A DNA stretch of 64,000 nt from Candidatus Saccharimonadota bacterium (GTDB lineage: Bacteria > Patescibacteriota > Saccharimonadia > Saccharimonadales > DTSZ01): NCBI GenBank assembly GCA_012965045.1, contig DTSZ01000001.1, forward strand, positions 591,629 through 655,628, in the 5' to 3' direction. A program made the position numbers and the translations under genes. Positions 58,299 to 64,000 of this stretch are shown here, one piece after another (within the stretch, counting starts at the first letter, position 1; each line of letters begins with the position of its first letter). The notes beneath the pieces were generated by a model, which made no database searches, was not told the DNA's origin, and saw only the letters and a program-made list of their open reading frames with translations.

Positions 58299-58772
58299 TT
58301 AAAATGGCTTAGGTAAAACCCCGACACTAAACTGATCTGGCTCTGCTTTTAAGCAGGTGACAGCTACCTGATCGTGCAATGTCACTAAGTCGACTACGCC
58401 TTCGGCCCCAGGTAAATACAGATCGTCGTGAGTTTTTGGATGTTGAATCTCAATTACTGATTTTTCTGGATCAACAACCGTTATTTTTGAGCTACAAACG
58501 TACAAACCTTCATCGATTGGATTAATACCAAAGTGTTGCGTGAAATAGTTTATGATTTTTTCAGTTCTAAATCGTTCATTAAAAGTAACAATTACAGGTC
58601 GTGTCTCGCCAGCTTCAAGCTGGCCGTCAAGTAGTCGCAGAGCCTTCACCGTTCTTTGTCCTCTATTTTCACGCCACTGTTGTTCTCGGGCAGAGCGATT
58701 AGTGCCTAAAAAAATACCGCCTTCGCGGCGGTTTTGGGGTTCGATAACTGGTGGGTCTAGTATATCACTCAT
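58299..58772 (-). CDS. Hypothetical protein
   Basis: 157-aa ORF. No motif I recognise. Confidence 0.45.
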   Translation of the reverse strand: MSDILDPPVIEPQNRREGGIFLGTNRSAREQQWRENRGQRTVKALRLLDGQLEAGETRPVIVTFNERFRTEKIINYFTQHFGINPIDEGLYVCSSKITVVDPEKSVIEIQHPKTHDDLYLPGAEGVVDLVTLHDQVAVTCLKAEPDQFSVGVLPKPF

Positions 58773-58807
58773 ACTAGGCTTTAATTATATATTAAACGGT
58801 TCGAAAT

Positions 58808-58884
58808 TGGTAGCGGCAGGTGGAATTGAACCACCGACCTCAGGCTTATGAGTCCTGCGCTCTAACCATCTGAGCTATGCCGCC
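58808..58884 (-). tRNA. tRNA with CAT anticodon (elongator Met or Ile2/lysidine; not initiator-like)
   Basis: Manual fold. Acceptor GGCGGCA/TGCCGCT (G1-U72 wobble), D-stem GCTC/GAGC, anticodon loop CTCATAA, T-arm GGTGG-TTCAATT-CCACC, CCA encoded. Confidence 0.8.
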
Positions 58885-59005
58885 GCAAAAAATTTTATAC
58901 AGAATAATCTGCTGAGATACAACTATACCAGATGTCTATCTTATTGATAAGAATCAATTTAACGACTAACCTAATAGCATAAGGTATATAAAAAAGGACG
59001 AGGTT

Positions 59006-59581
59006 ATGAGCAACAATACACAAGAGACGCAAAATATTAATGTGGTTTTGGGGGTAGTGATTGCCTTGTTGCTAGCTTTTCCGCTTGGCTATGTAGCTGG
59101 TAATGCTCAATCAAATAATGCTGATACTACTACCGTAATGGACGAAGCTCATAGCGAAACAGAATCAGATGAACATACTCACGACCACGTACTGTTTGAT
59201 GTAGACGCAGCCGACGCCCCAATGGTTATGAACGTACGCGTCACACCAGATGCAATGGCTGGCTGGAACATTAGCTTTGATACCGAAAACTTTACGTTCG
59301 CCCCAGAGAACGCCAGTAGCAGCCATGTTGCTGGCCAAGGCCACGCCCACTTATATATTGACGGCGAAAAAATTACGCGACTATACGCCAACAACTACTA
59401 CATTAGTGAACTCGGCGATGTTGGTGAACATGAAATAGAAGTAACACTAAATACCAACGACCATCAAACATACAGTGTTAACGGCGAAGAAATTGCGGCA
59501 CTCACTACTGTTACCGTTACAGAAGAATCAAGTCATTCACACGATGAAACCGACCACGGTTCTGATATGGAAATGAACTAA
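59006..59581 (+). CDS. Membrane-anchored His/acidic-rich protein (possible metal-binding)
   Basis: N-terminal TM helix (INVVLGVVIALLLAFPLGYVAG). Multiple His clusters (HTHDH, HAH, SHSHDETDHGSD). Confidence 0.5.
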   Translation: MSNNTQETQNINVVLGVVIALLLAFPLGYVAGNAQSNNADTTTVMDEAHSETESDEHTHDHVLFDVDAADAPMVMNVRVTPDAMAGWNISFDTENFTFAPENASSSHVAGQGHAHLYIDGEKITRLYANNYYISELGDVGEHEIEVTLNTNDHQTYSVNGEEIAALTTVTVTEESSHSHDETDHGSDMEMN

Positions 59582-59582
59582 C

Positions 59583-59888
59583 GTGTTCCAGCTTTTCGCA
59601 CACGGCGGTGAAGACCATAGCGACTCAGCTGAAGCCGCTCAACATGTACTAGCGCTTAATCCGTTTATTGCCACAATGTTCGTAGTTGGTTTTGTCATAC
59701 TTTCGACCACACTTATTTACAAAGTTACTAAATCTTCAACCGCAGCTTCATACTCTTTGCTTGCTCAACTACTGGGGCTTGGCGTGTTTAGTTACTCTGT
59801 TCTGCCTCTTTTAAGTGGTTTGTGCATTGTTGTCGGTTTTGCTTTGTCGATGCTACTGGCTTTTGGGGGCCTTCATGACACGAAATAA
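59583..59888 (+). CDS. Small membrane protein (hypothetical)
   Basis: 101 aa, 2-3 TM helices, start 2 nt after the previous stop. Confidence 0.4.
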   Translation: MFQLFAHGGEDHSDSAEAAQHVLALNPFIATMFVVGFVILSTTLIYKVTKSSTAASYSLLAQLLGLGVFSYSVLPLLSGLCIVVGFALSMLLAFGGLHDTK

Positions 59889-60468
59889 TCTCAAAAAAGT
59901 ATTCCCTTTTATCCTCGTTATTGGCGGGCTGATTGGGTTAGTAGCCTCCGGTGTATTGGTGATCGAAAAACTTAATATAGCTGCCAATCCTGACTATGTA
60001 CCAAGCTGCAGCCTAAACCCAATTCTAGCCTGTGGCTCTGTGATGGAAACTGATCAAGCAGAAGCCTTTGGTTTTCCTAATATGTTGATTGGTGTTGCCA
60101 GTTTTAGCGTACTTATTACCGTTGGTATGGCCTTGTTTGCTGGCGCACGATTTAAAAAATGGTTTTGGCAGGGACTACTAGCTGGTTCAATTTTTGGCGC
60201 TGGATTCATAACATGGCTGTTCTACCACAGCGTGTATGTTATTGGGGCATTATGTTTGTATTGCATTATCGTTTGGGCGGCAGTTATCCCTATTTTTATC
60301 TTTACATTGCAACAATACGCAGAACGATATGCTGCAAAGTCCAAACTAACTAAGTTCTTCACCTACGTTAAACCTTATCAATTGGTCGTTGTCTGGTACC
60401 TGCTAATCGCTGTAGCGATATTGATTGAATTTTGGTTCTACTGGAAAACAACGAGTTTATTCAGCTAA
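59875..60468 (+). CDS. Vitamin K epoxide reductase (VKOR)-family disulfide-bond-forming membrane protein, putative
   Basis: Loop Cys pair PSCSLNPILACGS and an intramembrane CxxC (GALCLYCIIVW), the VKOR arrangement. Start taken at MTRNNLKK. Confidence 0.55.
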   Translation: MTRNNLKKVFPFILVIGGLIGLVASGVLVIEKLNIAANPDYVPSCSLNPILACGSVMETDQAEAFGFPNMLIGVASFSVLITVGMALFAGARFKKWFWQGLLAGSIFGAGFITWLFYHSVYVIGALCLYCIIVWAAVIPIFIFTLQQYAERYAAKSKLTKFFTYVKPYQLVVVWYLLIAVAILIEFWFYWKTTSLFS

Positions 60469-60471
60469 ATT

Positions 60472-60500
60472 TGACTAAAGTTTTATACTATTCTATAGTA
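60472..60500 (+). promoter_or_regulatory. Near-consensus sigma70-type promoter TTGACT-17-TATAGT
   Basis: ttgact aaagttttatactattc tatagt. Paired with a terminator about 140 nt downstream. Confidence 0.4.
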
Positions 60501-60640
60501 GTGTAATTATGTGTAACGATAAGCATAACAACCGATCACAGATTCTACCAACAACTGCAATGTTTGCAGGTGTCTATCCTGCTGTGGCTTATCGCGGAAC
60601 AAACTTTTAGAAAATTAATACATTTCACTAGGATCCAGAT

Positions 60641-60668
60641 AAGCCCTCAAGCAAAAGAGGGCTTTTTA
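60641..60668 (+). terminator. Intrinsic terminator (gccctc-aagcaaaa-gagggc + TTTTT)
   Basis: Perfect 6-bp GC stem followed by a T5 run, upstream of the MFS gene RBS. Confidence 0.65.
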
Positions 60669-60764
60669 ATTTGCAACAACAACTCTTTTAAAAACAATGC
60701 TTGAGAGCTGATTTGGTCTTAGGGGGATCTAAGATTAGCACCTAATTAGATAAGGAGATACATT

Positions 60765-61952
60765 ATGAACAGTAAACTAGAACAAAAAATGAAGCGAAAC
60801 CTGAAACTGCTGTATATTTTGCGAGCCATACGGTCATTTGGTGTGTTTGCTCCTGTAATTGTTCTGTTCTTTCAAGAAAACGGGCTTAGCCAGACCGAAG
60901 TGTTTGCGCTGCAGTCTATCTTTGCAGCAGCGATCGTACTGCTAGAGGTGCCGAGCGGCTACTTCGCAGATGTCTTTGGGCGCCGAATAAGCGTGGTGCT
61001 TGGAGGACTGTTTACTGCACTTGGTTTTGGAGGTTACGCGCTAGCGAGTGGCTTTGCGCAATTTTTGCCGATGGAAATACTTATCGGAATTGGCCTCAGT
61101 TTCCTAAGTGGAGCAGACCAAGCACTAGCCAGAGATAGTTTGATCGCTTTGAGCCGCGAGAGCTACTACCGCAAGTTTGAATCCAGAGCGCACGAGCTGA
61201 GTAGCTGGTCATCTGCTCTAGCAGCACTTACCGGCGGCTTTATTGCTCTTATTAGCCTGCAATCGGTTATTGTTGCTCAAGCAATTGTTACAGCTTTGTT
61301 AGTTCCGTTTAGTCTACTCATTATCGAGCCTCCTCGGACAAAGCCAACCGGCAAGAATCCGTGGAAGCAAGTCAAAAAGATAGTTCGATATAGTCTGCGC
61401 GAGCACCAACAGCTGAAGTGGCTCATCGCCTATGGAGCGGTGGTTACTACACTCACACACACTATGTTTTGGCTTACTCAGCCACTGTTTGAGCAAGTCG
61501 GAGTACCCCTTGGCTGGTTTGGAGCGCTGACAGCCTTGTTGTTTGTTAGCCAAGGCCTCTCTGCCAAAGTAAGCATTTGGTATGAACAAAAGCTTGGCAA
61601 ACGACGGGCCCTGAAGAGCTTTGTACTTATAGGCACAGTTAGCTACGTGCTGATTGGAGCGTTCACTCTAGTGTGGATGCTGCCTGTACTACTGGGCTTT
61701 CAGTTCATACGTGGCGCTGCCATGCCAGTCATGAGCGACTATGTTCATGAACATGTTGAGTCTGATATTCGAGCTACGGTGATGAGTGTTAATAGCTTAG
61801 CTAGTAAGCTTTTCTATACCTTCGCCGGCCCTGTTGTTGGTTTGGTTGTAGACAACTACTCGCTCAGTGCCGGTTTATGGTTTTCCGCTTTACTTTACGG
61901 TACCCTTGGTTGGTTCGTGTTGTCACGAATGAACCGCAATGGTGACCTTTGA
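60765..61952 (+). CDS. MFS transporter
   Basis: 12 TM helices, MFS motif A-like GRRISVVLGG, RBS aaggag 8 nt upstream. Confidence 0.8.
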   Translation: MNSKLEQKMKRNLKLLYILRAIRSFGVFAPVIVLFFQENGLSQTEVFALQSIFAAAIVLLEVPSGYFADVFGRRISVVLGGLFTALGFGGYALASGFAQFLPMEILIGIGLSFLSGADQALARDSLIALSRESYYRKFESRAHELSSWSSALAALTGGFIALISLQSVIVAQAIVTALLVPFSLLIIEPPRTKPTGKNPWKQVKKIVRYSLREHQQLKWLIAYGAVVTTLTHTMFWLTQPLFEQVGVPLGWFGALTALLFVSQGLSAKVSIWYEQKLGKRRALKSFVLIGTVSYVLIGAFTLVWMLPVLLGFQFIRGAAMPVMSDYVHEHVESDIRATVMSVNSLASKLFYTFAGPVVGLVVDNYSLSAGLWFSALLYGTLGWFVLSRMNRNGDL

Positions 61953-62028
61953 AGTTCTTCTTATCAAAATAAGCAAGACCAGCTCTAGGGAACGTCCCTA
62001 CGATGAGCTGGTCTTTAAATTTTTACGT

Positions 62029-62553
62029 TTAAGATAACCTAATGCGATCCCAAGACTGATACGCGTCATTCAATACAAATGAAACAAGCTCTTTCGTTGC
62101 TGGTGACAGATCAACACTATTACTGCTAATTTCATCAATACTAAACAAGCCAACTGTTCCGGACTCCCCTTGTTGCGGGGATAATTGTGGTTTTTGATCA
62201 GTAACGAAGCCGTATGCTAGGTCAGTGTGAAAATGTTTGGTATCGCCTATTTGGTGAGTATTTACCGCAAGCGGCTGGGGATGCCACGCAACACCCTTAC
62301 TTTGTGGAACAAAGCGCTGTGGCGGCTGCAGCAACTGAAGCTGACTCATCTTGTAACCGGATTCTTCTAGAACTTCATGTGTTAATGCCTGCCACGGATT
62401 TTCATTTAATTCCACGTGTCCACCAAATTGTAGCCACATTTTTAGTTTTTTGTGCATGTGCAGCATTACTTTAGGTGCGTTCGTTTCAATTTTGACGATG
62501 TAGGCACTAACCGTCAGGTCATGCTCGTCATCATTAGTGTGTATGTGTGCCAT
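62029..62553 (-). CDS. NUDIX hydrolase
   Basis: Nudix box GGHVELNENPWQALTHEVLEESG. Confidence 0.75.
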   Translation of the reverse strand: MAHIHTNDDEHDLTVSAYIVKIETNAPKVMLHMHKKLKMWLQFGGHVELNENPWQALTHEVLEESGYKMSQLQLLQPPQRFVPQSKGVAWHPQPLAVNTHQIGDTKHFHTDLAYGFVTDQKPQLSPQQGESGTVGLFSIDEISSNSVDLSPATKELVSFVLNDAYQSWDRIRLS

Positions 62554-62572
62554 TTATAAGTCCAATCATAAC

Positions 62573-62600
62573 AAAAGCCCCTGCTTTAGAGGGGCTTTTA
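62573..62600. terminator. Bidirectional intrinsic terminator (agcccct-gcttt-agaggggct, A/T runs on both sides)
   Basis: aaaagcccctgctttagaggggctttta. Confidence 0.6.
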
Positions 62601-62890
62601 TCTACGCGTTCCGTTTATTTTTAGCAGAAGGCGCAATCTTCAGAGTCGCTTTTTTCTTTAGCGTTTATTTCGTCCAAAACTGCTTGAGCGCTAGCCGCCG
62701 CGTCATCTTGGTCGTCTGCCTTTGAAGACTTTGACTGTTTATCATCGTTTAAACCAAAAACCATGTTTGTTTTTCTTTCTTGGCCTTTGACGTTATGTTT
62801 TAGCCAAAGGCCTTTTTTGTTTTAGTTGATGATGACTATAATATATACCGCTTTTGCTTATTTGTCAATAACTTTTTGTAGAATATGTTG

Positions 62891-63505
62891 TTATACCTTC
62901 CGACTCCACGAAGTCATCCATGGGTGCTGATGTAAGCCGCACCGTCCGTCGTTTTTTTGTGATTCCTGTTCACGCCCAGAACACGAACCATCAGCAAACG
63001 CTTGATCACGTGTACCTGTTTTGCGTATATAAAAAGCATTTAAAAACTCGTCGCGTTCTTCTTGCGTTTTTGTTGCAAATTGTTCTAAGGCATTGATTCT
63101 TCGTAATGGATCGCCCATAAAATATTCTATTGACCCTTGTTCTCGTTGGCTTACTTCTAAAAACCGCGAATTCTCAGGAGCTATTAGGCCTCTGTCGTGT
63201 CTATCGCTGCGTTGTTGGTGTACGGTTCTGCTCAGTCCGATCCAGCACAACAGTTCAGAATTAATTTCTGGAAGCTGCTCAAGTTCGGTGACCAAAGAAG
63301 TGTTTTCTGGAGCATCGGCAAAATCAATTACTAAGCGTATACCTCTTTTTCGGTTGCCTACCAGATATCTTTCGAGGTGAAATGCACGTGCGACGCGTGA
63401 ATCGTCCGCTCGACCATGTAAGCAATTAAGTGGCACGCCATCGGCGCGTCGTAATGCTGTATCGGCATCTGCGTAAAAATCCACTCCACTATATAATTCG
63501 TTCAT
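62891..63505 (-). CDS. Hypothetical protein
   Basis: 204-aa ORF. Arg/Asp-rich. No motif I recognise. It appears more GC-rich than its neighbours, by eye only. Confidence 0.45.
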   Translation of the reverse strand: MNELYSGVDFYADADTALRRADGVPLNCLHGRADDSRVARAFHLERYLVGNRKRGIRLVIDFADAPENTSLVTELEQLPEINSELLCWIGLSRTVHQQRSDRHDRGLIAPENSRFLEVSQREQGSIEYFMGDPLRRINALEQFATKTQEERDEFLNAFYIRKTGTRDQAFADGSCSGREQESQKNDGRCGLHQHPWMTSWSRKV

Positions 63506-63550
63506 TACAAATATTTTATAATGAAACGAGTAAAACTCAAATTACGATGG

Positions 63551-63994
63551 TTACGAGCTGGGCACGTCGGGCATAATCCGGTCTAAAATCGGGTTGGCGA
63601 TTTTCATGGCTGCAAATAATACTACCGAAACAATTCCGATAGCTATCCAGTGCACAGCACCGACTGGTACTAGTCCAAATAAGTCGGCCAGTGGTTGGAC
63701 GTACACAACCGCTGCAAGTAACGCAAAGCTACCCGCAATAGCTACGCTAAGCCACGGGTTAGAAAACCAGCGTATGTTGTAGTCAGTGCGTATATCTATA
63801 AGTCGAACCATTTCATAGACAACCATTCCAATAAAGGCCACCGATTTAGCTAGTGCGTCTGACTGAGGACCATCGAAGACAAATCCGAAATGAATCAACA
63901 AAGCAATCGACATCATGCTGCCAAACAAGAACATCTCTGTCCAGACGCGCTTATTTAAGATTGACCCCTGGAAACGCCATGGCTTAAAGCGCAT
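63551..63994 (-). CDS. Hypothetical membrane protein
   Basis: 147 aa, 3-4 TM helices. Confidence 0.5.
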   Translation of the reverse strand: MRFKPWRFQGSILNKRVWTEMFLFGSMMSIALLIHFGFVFDGPQSDALAKSVAFIGMVVYEMVRLIDIRTDYNIRWFSNPWLSVAIAGSFALLAAVVYVQPLADLFGLVPVGAVHWIAIGIVSVVLFAAMKIANPILDRIMPDVPSS

Positions 63995-64000
63995 TATGCC

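Noticed and set aside
62891-63505. Apparent higher GC content of the hypothetical gene 62891..63505 as evidence of horizontal transfer
   Set aside because: This is an impression from reading, not a computed statistic. It needs a sliding-window GC and codon-usage calculation before any claim can be made.
1-64000. Search for CRISPR arrays, rRNA genes, IS elements, integrases, toxin-antitoxin pairs and restriction-modification genes
   Set aside because: I did not see any of the following:
- A regular repeat-spacer array.
- rRNA-like conserved segments.
- Transposase or integrase motifs (DDE, or tyrosine recombinase R..H..R..Y).
- Recognisable TA or RM signatures.

Overview
This 64 kb window reads as a compact, gene-dense bacterial chromosome segment, mostly housekeeping genes. 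The gene content and style suggest a small-genome monoderm, possibly Candidatus Saccharibacteria (TM7) or another CPR lineage; that placement is tentative and untested.

Main blocks, in order:
- M14 carboxypeptidase, tRNA-Pro, RNase Y, tsaB/tsaE, and a protein with three lamin-tail domains.
- recX-recA.
- A complete type IV pilus locus: pilB-pilC-pilin-pilM-pilN-pilO, then minor pilins and a PilX-like protein.
- ruvB-ruvA, a PaaX-like regulator, then ruvC-NUDIX-yebC.
- comEC and a CPA2 antiporter with an RCK domain.
- tRNA-Lys.
- A carbohydrate cluster: ATP-grasp protein, two tandem-domain GH130-like proteins, a transporter, a GH63-like hydrolase and a WhiB-like protein.
- def and the heat-shock genes hrcA-grpE-(HD)-dnaK-(NYN)-dnaJ, with two CIRCE operators.
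- gmk, lepA, murJ.
- A nucleotide house-cleaning run: MazG-like, NUDIX, ftsH, tilS, and two HD-domain (YfbR-like) paralogs.
- tRNA-Met(CAT), a VKOR-like protein, an MFS transporter and a third NUDIX.

The most unusual signal is a family of three paralogous noncoding units of about 180 bp.
- Two sit directly 3' of genuine tRNA genes, Pro-TGG and Lys-TTT.
- Each unit begins after an intrinsic terminator and ends in a 21-nt copy of the adjacent tRNA's T-arm, acceptor and CCA.
- Their internal hairpins vary by compensatory base changes between copies.
- This suggests a structured RNA or MITE-like tRNA-targeting element, not an ordinary genomic-island att scar.

Other points worth a second look:
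- A second paralogous noncoding motif, one copy upstream of tsaB and one upstream of murJ.
- A 36-bp palindrome with an ACGATCGT core that flanks the PaaX-like regulator in the ruv locus.
- A PilB ATPase that has lost its tetracysteine zinc site and gained a Lys/Glu-rich insert of about 100 aa.
- A WhiB-like Fe-S regulator, a family otherwise typical of Actinobacteria.
- A candidate small RNA bounded by a promoter and a terminator upstream of the MFS gene.

All calls come from reading the sequence and the ORF translations by eye. I could not run any homology, covariance or tRNA software.
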